64,000 bases of DNA from an uncultured bacterium. GTDB taxonomy: Bacteria; Actinomycetota; Acidimicrobiia; Spongiisociales; ZC4RG35. The notes under the pieces are model-generated. The model saw only the letters and a program-made list of their open reading frames with translations. It did no database searches and was not told where the DNA came from. Positions 29,142 to 40,233 of this stretch are shown here, piece after piece. The stretch's first letter is position 1; each line of letters begins with the position of its first letter. A program made the position numbers and the translations under genes. The DNA lies in assembly GCA_963785075.1 (NCBI GenBank), contig CAWATW010000003.1:70256-134255 (forward strand). The letters are read 5' to 3'.

Positions 29142-29288
29142 CGATCATCGGTTGGTATCGGACGCCCCGGCGCCTGGCGCACGGGGCGTCCGTTGTTCGG
29201 GAGGTCGAAACGGTGCCGGCCCGAGGCGGCTGCTGGCCACGAGCTTCATGCCATCGGCCTTCAGAAAGGACAGTGCCGCCCTCGTCGG

Positions 29289-30347
29289 TCATTCCTTTTC
29301 GACCGAGATCTCGGTTGCCTTCACGGCGATCCACGCCTCCGACCCCCGTTCGAGCCCGAGCCTGTTGGCCGACGACGCTGTGATCTCGGCCGTGAGGGGC
29401 ACCGGTCCGGACGTGGCGATTCGCACCCGATCGCCCATGGGCTCGACCGCCGTCACCGTGACCTTCCAGACGTTCCGGGCACTGCCTTCGGGGCGGGCCG
29501 AAGAGAACACGACGGTGCGGGGATGAATCGTGAGTAGCACCGGCCCGGAGATGTCGGTGTCTGCGATCGTGACCGGGTCTCCCGTCTCGGTTGCGACGGT
29601 GCCGTCGGAAGCGAACCCGCGCACGAGATTGATGCCGGCGAGGTCGGCTGCGTAAGGCGTGCGTGGACGCCGCCTGATGTCGTCGGGGGCGCCCACCTGC
29701 ACGATCTCACCCCCTTCGATGATGGCTACACGATCCGCCATGAGGAATGCCTCCGCCGGTTCGTGGGTGATCAGGATCTTTGGGCCCGGGAACGCCTCGA
29801 GATGGCTCATGAGGAGACGTCGGGTCTCGGATCGTGATGTCACGTCGAGCGCCGAAAGCGGTTCGTCGAGCAACAGCGCTTCGGGTTCGGACGCCAACGC
29901 CCGGGCGAGTGCCACGCGCTGGGCCTGGCCGCCGGACAGCTGCCAGGGCATGCGATCGCCCAGCGTCACGAGCCCGACGTGATCGAGCCACCTGCGTGCC
30001 ACATCCTCCGCAGGCGTCCTGCCGAGACCGCGCGCTCTGGGAGCGAAGGCGACGTTCGCGAGCACGGTGAGATGCGGGAACAAGAGGTTGTCCTGATGGA
30101 CGATGCCGATGTGGCGCTCCTCGGCGGGGAGGTCGACGCCTGTGCCGGAGTTCGCAAGCTCCCGGGCACCGAGACGGATGCTCCCCGCGGCGATGGGGAC
30201 GAGGCCCCCGACTGCCGCGACGATGCTCGACTTCCCTGCCCCGTTCGGACCGAGGAGAGCCAATGTCTCACCGCCTGCAACCTCGAGCCGAGCCGACGCG
30301 ACGAAGTCACCCCGCCTCACGGTCATGTCGAGCGTGAGGGTTGTCAT
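29289..30347 (-). CDS. modC: Molybdate/sulfate-type ABC transporter ATP-binding protein with C-terminal TOBE domain
   Basis: Walker A GPNGAGKSS, signature LSGGQAQRVALARAL, Walker B LLLDEP. Start MTTLTLD at 30347 overlaps the permease stop. Confidence 0.8.
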   Translation of the reverse strand: MTTLTLDMTVRRGDFVASARLEVAGGETLALLGPNGAGKSSIVAAVGGLVPIAAGSIRLGARELANSGTGVDLPAEERHIGIVHQDNLLFPHLTVLANVAFAPRARGLGRTPAEDVARRWLDHVGLVTLGDRMPWQLSGGQAQRVALARALASEPEALLLDEPLSALDVTSRSETRRLLMSHLEAFPGPKILITHEPAEAFLMADRVAIIEGGEIVQVGAPDDIRRRPRTPYAADLAGINLVRGFASDGTVATETGDPVTIADTDISGPVLLTIHPRTVVFSSARPEGSARNVWKVTVTAVEPMGDRVRIATSGPVPLTAEITASSANRLGLERGSEAWIAVKATEISVEKE

Positions 30348-31132
30348 CGCCGTTGCCACCAGCGGTCGCGAAGACCGATCAGCACGGCCAACGAAACGGC
30401 GACCATCAAGAGGCTGATGGCGATAGCGGCCTCCCTGTCGGACTCGAGCGAGACGAAGACGGCAAGTGGAAGTGTCTGGGTTCGGCCGCCGAGGTTGCCG
30501 GCGAACGTGATGGTCGCTCCGAACTCTCCGAGTGCGCGGGCCCAGGCGAGAACCACTCCCGCCGCGATCGACGGACGCACCATCGGGAGTGTTATCCGAC
30601 GGAACACCGTCCACCGGTTGGCTCCGAGGCCGGCCGCCGCTCCCTCGAATCGAGGGTCGAGGTTGCGGATGCCGGCTTCGACGGTGATCACCAGGAAGGG
30701 CAGGGCGACGAAGGTGTTGGCTGCGACCACGCCCGGCAATGAGAACGGCAAGAGGAGCCCCGTCGCCTCGTAGACCGGCTCACCGATCAAACCCCGGCGC
30801 CCGAAGGCAAACAACAACGTGGCTCCCCCGACCACCGGGGGGAGAACCATCGGCAACGTCACGAGGGCTCGAATGAGCGACCGTCCTCGGAATGTGCCAC
30901 GTGCCAAGACCGCCGCCAGGGGTACGCCGACGACCGTGGCGACCGCAGTCGCCGCCACGGAGGACAGCAGCGATATGCGAGCTGCGTCGACCACGATCTC
31001 CGAGGCGAGGATCTCACCGAAGCGGGACCACGGTGCTCGCAGCAACAGTGCGACGAACGGAAACGCGAAGAAGGCCACGCCGAGCACAGCGACCACGAGC
31101 ACTGACCGAGGGATCGCCGGCCGGTGTGTCAT
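30344..31132 (-). CDS. modB: ABC transporter permease (molybdate/sulfate family)
   Basis: 6-TM permease with the EAA-like loop (LARALGEFGATITFAG). Confidence 0.8.
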   Translation of the reverse strand: MTHRPAIPRSVLVVAVLGVAFFAFPFVALLLRAPWSRFGEILASEIVVDAARISLLSSVAATAVATVVGVPLAAVLARGTFRGRSLIRALVTLPMVLPPVVGGATLLFAFGRRGLIGEPVYEATGLLLPFSLPGVVAANTFVALPFLVITVEAGIRNLDPRFEGAAAGLGANRWTVFRRITLPMVRPSIAAGVVLAWARALGEFGATITFAGNLGGRTQTLPLAVFVSLESDREAAIAISLLMVAVSLAVLIGLRDRWWQRR

Positions 31133-31890
31133 CGACGACCAAACCCGTGTCGGGTGAGGATCTCCTGACCCTGTGCGGACATGACGAATCGAACGAACTC
31201 GCCGGACTCGTCGGCGGATCCATCGAGCGCTGCGATGGCGTAGCGGGCAACGATGTTGAGGCTGTCCGGGATCGCGATCGGCTCGACGTCGGTGCCCCGG
31301 CTGTCGGTGAGATAGACGATCCCCGCATCGAGCTCTCCGGCCATGATCTTCGTGAGCAGCGCACGCACGTCGGGCTCCTCTGTGTCGATGACAGGCGTGA
31401 CCCCGGCCGAAGCGAGCACGTCATGGGCGAATACGCCGCAGGGGACCTCCGTCGCACACAACCCGATCAGCAAGTCCGAGCGGCCAAAATCCTCCAAGCC
31501 GGTCACACCGCCCGGGTTGCCGGGTGGGACGACGATCGTGAGCTCATTCGTGGTGAACTCTTGCGCTCCGACGTCGGAAACCCTTCCTGCATCGACCACA
31601 ACCTGCATGGTGTCCAGGTTGGCAGAGGCGAAGACGTCGATGGGAGCGCCGTCGAGGATCTGCTCGCGCAGCGCCGAGCTCCCGGCGAAGTTGAGCTCGA
31701 TGTCGACCCCGGGATGGGTCGACTCGAACGAGAGAGCCATCTCCTCGAATGTGTCGGTGAGTGAAGCAGCGGCGCCGACCACGACGACGTTCGACTCCGA
31801 CCGAGCGCATGCGCCGATCGAGAGCATGACCACGGCAACGGATGCGAAGCGAATGGGCAGCGGGAGCATGGGTACCGGCAGACTACGCAC
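31129..31890 (-). CDS. modA: Molybdate-binding periplasmic lipoprotein
   Basis: Lipobox LSIGAC. Type II periplasmic binding protein fold: the N-terminal lobe starts VVVGAAASLTDTFEEMALSFESTHPG. Confidence 0.75.
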   Translation of the reverse strand: MRSLPVPMLPLPIRFASVAVVMLSIGACARSESNVVVVGAAASLTDTFEEMALSFESTHPGVDIELNFAGSSALREQILDGAPIDVFASANLDTMQVVVDAGRVSDVGAQEFTTNELTIVVPPGNPGGVTGLEDFGRSDLLIGLCATEVPCGVFAHDVLASAGVTPVIDTEEPDVRALLTKIMAGELDAGIVYLTDSRGTDVEPIAIPDSLNIVARYAIAALDGSADESGEFVRFVMSAQGQEILTRHGFGRR

Positions 31891-32019
31891 CCCACGCCAG
31901 AGCAGGCGCGTGGCAGATGGCGCACAAAGGTCTCCGTCTCATGACGGAGCCGATCGTGAATCGTGCCGCACCGTTGCACGACAGCCTCTCGGCTCGGTGT
32001 GGGGCGATAGAGTCCGACC

Positions 32020-32592
32020 GTGGACCTCGAACGTGCAGCGACGCTTCATGTGGTGCAGATCGGATCCGGCCGCCCGACGGTGAGATCGACCGTTTCGCTG
32101 ATCCTCGATGGGGAGCATGTGATCGTTGTCGATCCGGGGATGGCGCCTACGCAGGCTGCAATCCTCGATCCGCTGGCGGCACTCGAGGTCGCTCCGGGCG
32201 ACGTCACAGATGTCGTCATCAGCCATCACCACCCGGACCACACGGTCAACGTGGGGCTGTTCGGTGAGGCAAGGGTGCATGACCATTGGGCGATCTATCA
32301 CCATGACACCTGGACATCGAGACCGGCTGAGGGCTTCTTCGTCTCGCCGTCCGTGGTTCTCTGGGAGACACCGGGCCACACCCCTCAGGACATCACGACC
32401 ATCGTCGGCACGCCGGACCGGCTCGTGGCCTGCACCCACCTCTGGTGGCACGCGGACGGACCGCCCGAGGATCCTCTCGCCACCGATCCGGCTGCGATCC
32501 ACCCGCACCGGCGCCGTGTGCTCGCCGTCGCCGAGCTGGTCGTGCCCGGGCACGGCGCCCCGTTCTTGCCAGGCGTCGAGACGCCGCGCTGA
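32020..32592 (+). CDS. Metallo-beta-lactamase fold hydrolase
   Basis: HxHxDH motif (VISHHHPDHTVN). Confidence 0.75.
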   Translation: MDLERAATLHVVQIGSGRPTVRSTVSLILDGEHVIVVDPGMAPTQAAILDPLAALEVAPGDVTDVVISHHHPDHTVNVGLFGEARVHDHWAIYHHDTWTSRPAEGFFVSPSVVLWETPGHTPQDITTIVGTPDRLVACTHLWWHADGPPEDPLATDPAAIHPHRRRVLAVAELVVPGHGAPFLPGVETPR

Positions 32593-32645
32593 CCGCGTGG
32601 CGCCGTCCGGGAACCCTCGGTGCGCGGTCGACGTAATCTGATGCA

Positions 32646-34790
32646 ATGACTTCCGACGAGCAGGTCATCGTCCTCGGTGGCGACCGCAACAATGGTCCCA
32701 CGGTCGAACGCCGCCCGGGACGTCGAGGTTCTCCACTCTGGTTGCTCGTCGCCGTCCTCGGACTCTTCGCTGCCTTGATCGCTTTCGTGGTCATACCCCA
32801 GGAGGAGCCGCCGACGACTGCAGCACCGGGCGGTCTCAACGCTCCGTCCGAACCACCGAGCGCGTTCGTCCAGTCGACCCCGACGACCGTAGCCGATGCT
32901 CCGGCGCTGGCACTGGGTTGGCGGGAGGCGACTCTCGTCCGGCCTGGATGGACGGTCAGCTCGGTCGACCACGGTCCTGACGGTTGGCTCGCCGTATCCG
33001 GGGACATGCCCACCGTGGCCCACGTTTCCGACAATGCCGTGCTGTGGCATGCCCACACGGTCCACGGCCTCGTGGTGGAGAACGCCGTCGCGGCTGTAGG
33101 GGAAGGCTTGATGGCTGTGTTCGGCTCCAGCGAATATGCGGCCCCTGCCGGAGCGCGGGCCATCGGCGCCATCTCCGCCGACCGGGGAGTTACATGGACC
33201 ACGGTCGATCACAGGGGTCTGGTCTCCGTCTCCGATGTCGAGATCGTCGACGGCCGGGTGCTGGTCGCCGGTTCGGTGGGTACCGTGCCCGGATTCGGGT
33301 GGAACAACGACGGCCGAGCGGTCCTGTGGGAGGTGGTCGACGGGGAACTCGTGGACCTCGGTATCGCCGCCACAGACCGCAGCGCGGCCAATGCCATCGT
33401 CGCCGACCCGAGCTCTCAGATCTTCGTGCTCGGCCACACCGACGCCGGAGCGGCCGTGTGGACACCGGGCGGAAGCGGGCCAGTCGTCGTGACGGAGCTC
33501 GACGAGTTCGGCTCACGCTCTTTCCTGGACGTCGAGTACGTCGATTCCGGCCTCGTGGCGCTGGTGGGCGTGCCCGGAGGGACCGACGGTCGCTGGCTGT
33601 GGACGTCTGGCGACGGTGTCGCATGGGAGGAGACCGGCACCACAGATGGCACCATGGTTGCCTCCATCGCGGTCGGGCCTCGAGGACTCCTCGGTCTTCC
33701 ACCGGCGGAGGGACGGCTGTGGTCGCAAGTCGAGGGCCAGGTCCGCTCGAAGTATCCCGGCCATGAGACCGGATGGGAGCGGGCGGGCCTGCCGACGGAC
33801 ATCGAGACCGACGGCGAGGTGATCGTGATGACCGCTTCGGGAGCCACCGACGGTCAGCTATTCGTGAGAGGCACGACCGTCCCGCCGGTCGAGGTGGTAG
33901 GGCCACTGCAGGCGGGCGAGTCGCGCTGGCGGACGGTGGCCACCGTCGACCTAGAGAACGAGGAGCTGGGTGCGTACAACCACCCGTTCGGCGTCGCCAC
34001 CGACGGCCAGTCGACGTTCGTGGTGGTGCCGGGCCGGCTGTACGAGGTGGCCGACGATGTCGAGGGGCTCGAGCTGCGTCCGTCCATCTCCGGCGTATCC
34101 AACATCGGTGCCGGGAGTAGTGGGATCTGGGCGGCGGTCGACGGACCGGAATCGCAGCTCTATCTGTACGGCTCCGATGGTGTGTGGAGCACGCAGATCG
34201 TTCCGATCCAGGTGATCTCGTCGGTCGGTGTGGTCGACGGTGCTCTGACGGTGGCCGGATGGGGGAGCCGGGGCTTCGTGGGGCTGCGGATGGCCGACGA
34301 AGGCAGCTGGGTCGAGCTCCCGACCGGCGAGGACATATGGTGGTTCCACATCACACCGGGTGGGCTGTTCGGTGAACAGGAACCCCTCCTCGGTCCAGAG
34401 GACCGAGCGCAGCCCGTGTTCTCCACCGACGGACGCAATTGGGAGGCTCTCGACGGATGGCGCCCCGGCGGCGCCGGCGTCGGCGCCTCGCTGTTCCTCA
34501 GCCGCATCGACACACCCGAAATCGTCGCTCTCGCCGACACCGCAACCGGGCTCGTAGAAATCGAGGTACCCGCCGGTTCCGTGCCCATCGTCGCCGTCGA
34601 ACGATGGGAAGACACGCAGATCGTGGCGGGTGTCGACTCGCTCTTCGTTCGATCGGCGGGGGCCGACTGGGTCGAATATCCGACGGATCTCGAACATGGC
34701 ATCACCGGCCAGATGGCCATCATCCCCGGGCCGGTGCTCCGCATCGCCATGCTGACCGAACGTCAGCTGGTCATCGCCCAGTGGGGATGA
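32646..34790 (+). CDS. Membrane-anchored Asp-box (BNR) repeat beta-propeller protein, paralog 1
   Basis: Short cytoplasmic N-terminus (MTSDEQVIVLGGDR), one TM, and a large extracellular domain with SxDxGxTW Asp-box (SADRGVTWTTV). Confidence 0.6.
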   Translation: MTSDEQVIVLGGDRNNGPTVERRPGRRGSPLWLLVAVLGLFAALIAFVVIPQEEPPTTAAPGGLNAPSEPPSAFVQSTPTTVADAPALALGWREATLVRPGWTVSSVDHGPDGWLAVSGDMPTVAHVSDNAVLWHAHTVHGLVVENAVAAVGEGLMAVFGSSEYAAPAGARAIGAISADRGVTWTTVDHRGLVSVSDVEIVDGRVLVAGSVGTVPGFGWNNDGRAVLWEVVDGELVDLGIAATDRSAANAIVADPSSQIFVLGHTDAGAAVWTPGGSGPVVVTELDEFGSRSFLDVEYVDSGLVALVGVPGGTDGRWLWTSGDGVAWEETGTTDGTMVASIAVGPRGLLGLPPAEGRLWSQVEGQVRSKYPGHETGWERAGLPTDIETDGEVIVMTASGATDGQLFVRGTTVPPVEVVGPLQAGESRWRTVATVDLENEELGAYNHPFGVATDGQSTFVVVPGRLYEVADDVEGLELRPSISGVSNIGAGSSGIWAAVDGPESQLYLYGSDGVWSTQIVPIQVISSVGVVDGALTVAGWGSRGFVGLRMADEGSWVELPTGEDIWWFHITPGGLFGEQEPLLGPEDRAQPVFSTDGRNWEALDGWRPGGAGVGASLFLSRIDTPEIVALADTATGLVEIEVPAGSVPIVAVERWEDTQIVAGVDSLFVRSAGADWVEYPTDLEHGITGQMAIIPGPVLRIAMLTERQLVIAQWG

Positions 34791-34875
34791 CGTTGGCGAC
34801 GTTCCGTTCGAGCCCGGCGCACCAAACTCGGCTCTCAGCCGATCGCCGGTCGCGTCGTCGCCGTAGTCTCTACGA

Positions 34876-37011
34876 ATGGCATCCGACGACCAGGTGATCG
34901 TCCTCGTTGGAGGACGGCCTCCCGGCATCGAGCGTCCCGATGGGCGGCGCGAGATCTCTCCGCTGTGGCTTCTCGCCCCGGTTCTTGGTGTCTTTCTGGC
35001 GATCATCGGCTTCGTCATCACCCCGCACGAGGAGAGTCCGACCACCGCAGACCCTGCAGGGCTCGATGAGCCCTCCGAACCGCCGGTAGCGGTCGACCCG
35101 ACGACCACCCGCCCGGCGACCGAGCCTCCGGAGCTCGCCCTGGGTTGGCGAGAGGCCCGGTTGCTCGGCGCAGGGTGGACGGTCAGCTCGGTGGACCACG
35201 GTGACGACGGTTGGCTCGCCGTCTCGTCGAGTCCCCTGGTTGTGGCCCACGTGTCACAGAACGCCGTGGTCTGGGAGGCGCACACGGTCCACGATCTGGT
35301 CGTCGAGGCGCCCGTGGCGGCGGTGGGGGACGGCGTGATGGCGGTCTTCGGCTCAGACCAATACTCGGACCATGGCCGGCCCCGACCCGTTGGGGCCATA
35401 TCCACCGATGGTGGTAGTACGTGGCGACCGGTCGAGCACGACGGCCCGATCGTGATCTCGGATATCGAGATCGCGGGCGACCGGGTCTTCGTCGCCGGTT
35501 CGGTCGGCGATGTCTTCGGCTTCGGATGGGAGGACCAGGGGCGCGCCGCCGTCTGGGAGGTGGTCGACGGCAAGATGGAGGCCGTGGACACGGAGGGTGG
35601 CGCCCAGAGTGCCGTGGGCTCGTTGGCCACCGTGGGGGGCAAGGTCATGGGATTCGGGCACACCTACATCGGGGCGGCGATGTGGGTGGTGGGTCGCAGC
35701 GCCGCTTCCGTGGTGCCCGCGATGGGAGCCGGAAGCTCATTCATCGACGTCGAAGAGACCGACGAAGGCTTGGTCGCCCTTGTCGGGTCTGGCGGATCCG
35801 GCTGGCCTACAGGGCACGAGCTCTGGGAGTCGGCCGACGGGTCGGCATGGCAGCGGTCCGACCGGTCCGGCCCCCCCGAGGTCACGTTCCTGGCCTCGAC
35901 GCAGGGGGGCCTCGTTGCGGCGCCTCAATCCCCGGGCCAGCTGTGGGCGGAGGACATGGGAACGCTCGGCTCGTCGTACAGGGATCACGTCACAGGATGG
36001 GAGTCGGCGGGATTGGTGACCGATGTCGCGACGTCGGGTGAGGTCACGGTGATGACGGCCTCGGGAGACAGCGGGCAGCTCTTCGTGAGGGGGACCGTGG
36101 TTGAACCGCTCGAGGTTGTCCCCGACCTGCCGGAGGATGCCACCAGGTGGCGAACTGTCGGGTCGGTGGCGTTCGAGCGGGACCAGAGGATTCAGCCACA
36201 TCCCTTCCAGGCCGTCTCGGACGGCGCCGTGACCATGATCTTGACACCGGAGCGACTCTTCGAGTTGAAGGACGACGACGGCGTGTTGGTGTTGACACCG
36301 TCGCTGGTCGGTGCCTCGAACATCGGGGTGGGCCCGGGCGGCGTCTGGGCGATGATCGAAGGCAGCGAGGCCCAGCTCTACGTATACGGCTCGGACGGCG
36401 TGTGGGCTGCCGACCGGGTACCGGTTCAGGGCGTCCTGTCGGTCGGGGAGCACGACGGCGCCATGGCGGTCTCCGGTTGGACCCATGACGGGAGCTTCCG
36501 CATGGTGAGGAGAGCCCCCGGGGGTGCATGGGAGGAGGTCGACATCGCGGTCGAGAACGGCTGGTTCGCAATGGCGCCGAGCGGGATCCTCGGTCGACGG
36601 GAGGTGGTCGAGGAAGGCCGGCATCGCTCGGAGGTGCTCTTCTCCGCTGATGGCTCCGAGTGGGAGGTGATGGACGGTTGGACGCTCAACGGCCTCGGTC
36701 CCGGGGATTCTTTCTACCTCGTGAGCGAGACCGACCCTTCGACGATCGGGATGGTGGACGAGCTTCCCCACGTCGTCGAGGTCGAGCTCCCCGGCTCGGT
36801 TTTCGGTCCGATCGAGGTGGAACGGTGGGGTGACCGGCTCATCGTCCGGGGTCTCGCCAGGTTGGAGGTTCAAGGTGCCGGCGGCGGATGGACGAGCCTC
36901 CCGCTCGATCTGGAACATGGGATCCACGGCCCGGCGGTGGTGGTGCCGGGGCCGAAGCCGCGAATGGCGATCATCGTCGGCGAGGAGCTGAGAATCGTCG
37001 AGTGGCGCTGA
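34876..37011 (+). CDS. Membrane-anchored Asp-box (BNR) repeat beta-propeller protein, paralog 2
   Basis: Collinear paralog of 32646-34790 (MASDDQVIVLVGGR..., STDGGSTWRPV Asp-box, shared ELALGWREA.LL..GWTVSSVDHG.DGWLAVS block). Confidence 0.6.
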   Translation: MASDDQVIVLVGGRPPGIERPDGRREISPLWLLAPVLGVFLAIIGFVITPHEESPTTADPAGLDEPSEPPVAVDPTTTRPATEPPELALGWREARLLGAGWTVSSVDHGDDGWLAVSSSPLVVAHVSQNAVVWEAHTVHDLVVEAPVAAVGDGVMAVFGSDQYSDHGRPRPVGAISTDGGSTWRPVEHDGPIVISDIEIAGDRVFVAGSVGDVFGFGWEDQGRAAVWEVVDGKMEAVDTEGGAQSAVGSLATVGGKVMGFGHTYIGAAMWVVGRSAASVVPAMGAGSSFIDVEETDEGLVALVGSGGSGWPTGHELWESADGSAWQRSDRSGPPEVTFLASTQGGLVAAPQSPGQLWAEDMGTLGSSYRDHVTGWESAGLVTDVATSGEVTVMTASGDSGQLFVRGTVVEPLEVVPDLPEDATRWRTVGSVAFERDQRIQPHPFQAVSDGAVTMILTPERLFELKDDDGVLVLTPSLVGASNIGVGPGGVWAMIEGSEAQLYVYGSDGVWAADRVPVQGVLSVGEHDGAMAVSGWTHDGSFRMVRRAPGGAWEEVDIAVENGWFAMAPSGILGRREVVEEGRHRSEVLFSADGSEWEVMDGWTLNGLGPGDSFYLVSETDPSTIGMVDELPHVVEVELPGSVFGPIEVERWGDRLIVRGLARLEVQGAGGGWTSLPLDLEHGIHGPAVVVPGPKPRMAIIVGEELRIVEWR

Positions 37012-37026
37012 CCGGCGATTCCCCGC

Positions 37027-37049
37027 CTATGCGCATATGCGTATACTGC
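37027..37049. promoter_or_regulatory. Putative ARG box CTATGCGCATATGCGTATACTGC, 8 bp upstream of argR
   Basis: Identical 23-mer to 21717-21739. Confidence 0.5.
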
Positions 37050-37056
37050 CGCCTCG

Positions 37057-37496
37057 ATGTCCACCACAGCCGCCCGTCGCCGACTCGTGCGTACCCTGCT
37101 CGCAGAGCACACCGTTGTGAGCCAGCAGGCTCTGGTCGAGATCCTCGCAGACCATGGTCACGCCATCACCCAGGCGACCGCCAGTCGTGACCTCCAGGCG
37201 GTGGGGGCGGTCAAGGATGGTGCCGGATACGTGATCGCCGACGACCGGCATCAGCAGGCCACCGCTCTCGCCGAGGCGATCGACGGGTTTGCCGAGTCGA
37301 TTGTGGCGTCGGACAACCTCGTCGTGATCGGCACGCCTCCCGGCGCGGCGCACCTCCTGGCCGCAGCGATCGACGCTGCCGGGCTGACGGGCGTGCTGGG
37401 GACGGTGGCCGGCGACGACACCATTCTCGTGGTGGCGTCGGAACGTGTCGGCGGCTCCAATGTCGCACGAGAACTCGAACGGATCGGAGCAATGAG

Positions 37497-37500
<4 letters not shown>
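37057..37500 (+). CDS. argR: Arginine repressor
   Basis: N-terminal winged HTH ([40 protein letters not shown]) and C-terminal oligomerisation domain with [11 protein letters not shown]. Confidence 0.9.
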
Positions 37501-38699
<1,199 letters not shown>

Positions 38700-38713
38700 G
38701 CGAGAGAGCCACC

Positions 38714-38859
38714 GGTCTCGAGTCTCCAGTCTCCAGTCAGGAGGGCGCTCTCGCCCACCGGACAACGGTGCAGCGCCGCCGCGGGCGACGGCCCTCGTGT
38801 GCGCACAGGTCGAATCAGTTCACGCGGGCGGGAGACCGGGGACCGGAGACCGGAGACTC
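38714..38859. repeat. argG-argH spacer element: (GTCTCCR) heptamer arrays in inverted orientation (38714-38738 GGTCTCGAGTCTCCAGTCTCCAGTC; 38831-38859 GGAGACCGGGGACCGGAGACCGGAGACTC) flanking ~90 bp
   Basis: Read directly from the sequence. The arrays are reverse complements of each other, a MITE-like terminal inverted repeat architecture. Confidence 0.5.
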
Positions 38860-38877
38860 TGGCGAGCGGAGCGAACC

Positions 38878-40233
38878 ATGACCCTCTGGGGCGGTCGTTT
38901 CGAGGAAGGGCCTTCTGATCTCTTGTGGCGTTTCACGGTGAGTCCTGCCGACCGTCGGCTGCTCGAAGTCGACGTCGAAGGCTCGCTGGCACACGTTGAC
39001 ATGTTGAAGTCGGTCCGGTTGCTCAAACCGGAAGAACACGAGTCGATCCACTTCGGGCTGTTGCGGATCCTCGCCGACGCCAGAGACGGCACCTTCGAAT
39101 TCGTCGACACCGATGAAGACGTCCACACCGCCGTCGAACGCCGGTTGATCGAGCTGGTGGGAGACGTCGGCAAGAAACTCCACACCGGTCGATCCCGGAA
39201 CGACCAGGTGGCACTCGACATCCGTCTCTACCTGCGGCTCGCCTGTCGACACCAGGCCGATCGACTGTCTGCGTTCGGAGCAGCGCTGGTCGACCAGGCC
39301 GCCCGGCATGCAACGACCATCGTCCCCTCCTACACCCACCTCCAACAGGCCCAAGCGGTCCCTTTGGGTCATCATCTGCTGGCGTACGCCTGGATGGCAG
39401 CCCGAGACCGCCAGCGGTTCCTTCAGCTGAAGGACCGGCTTTCGGTCTCTCCGTTGGGTGCGGGCGCCTCCGGTGGGTCGAGCTTGCCACTCGATCCGAT
39501 CGTGTCCGCTCAGGCAATGGGCTTCGACGTTGTGTTCGCCAACTCGATGGACGTGGTCGCATCCCGCGATCTCGTAGCCGAATACACCTGGTGCGTTGCC
39601 CAAACGATGGTCGACCTCTCACGGCTCTCCGAAGAGCTGATCCTGTGGGCCACGAGTGAGTTCGGGTGGGTGACGTTCTCGGACTCCTTCACCACCGGAA
39701 GCTCGGCGCTGCCGCAGAAGAAGAACCCCGACGTGGCAGAGCTCGCGCGAGGCAAGTCGGCTTCGGCGATTGCCGACCTCATGGGCATGCTCACCCTGCA
39801 GAAGGGCTTGCCGCTCACGTACAACCGAGACCTGCAGGAGGACAAGGAACACGTGTTCCGGTCCGACGACACGCTCGCCGGCACGCTGGAGGCAATCACC
39901 GGCATGATCGCTGACGCAGAGTTCCATCCCCCGGTCCCGGGCTCGTGGGTGACGGCGCTCGACCTCGCAGAAGCTCTGGTGATGCGGGGCGTTCCTTTCC
40001 GCGAGGCCCACGGGGCGGTGGGTCGCCTCGTCTCCGAACTCGTCCGCAACGAGCGAACTCTCGACGACGCGACAGCCGAAGACCTGTCGGCCGCAGACGA
40101 GCGCTTCGAACCAGCCGACCTCGAGCTCATCGACCCGACGACGTCGGTCGACCGCAGACGCACCATGGGCGGCGGCTCGGTCGAATCGGTCCACCAGCAG
40201 ATCGAAGCCCTGAGGTACGCACTCAACCAGTAG
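38878..40233 (+). CDS. argH: Argininosuccinate lyase
   Basis: Lyase_1 family; fumarate-lyase signature GSSALPQKKNPD. Start MTLWGGRFEEGP. Confidence 0.92.
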   Translation: MTLWGGRFEEGPSDLLWRFTVSPADRRLLEVDVEGSLAHVDMLKSVRLLKPEEHESIHFGLLRILADARDGTFEFVDTDEDVHTAVERRLIELVGDVGKKLHTGRSRNDQVALDIRLYLRLACRHQADRLSAFGAALVDQAARHATTIVPSYTHLQQAQAVPLGHHLLAYAWMAARDRQRFLQLKDRLSVSPLGAGASGGSSLPLDPIVSAQAMGFDVVFANSMDVVASRDLVAEYTWCVAQTMVDLSRLSEELILWATSEFGWVTFSDSFTTGSSALPQKKNPDVAELARGKSASAIADLMGMLTLQKGLPLTYNRDLQEDKEHVFRSDDTLAGTLEAITGMIADAEFHPPVPGSWVTALDLAEALVMRGVPFREAHGAVGRLVSELVRNERTLDDATAEDLSAADERFEPADLELIDPTTSVDRRRTMGGGSVESVHQQIEALRYALNQ

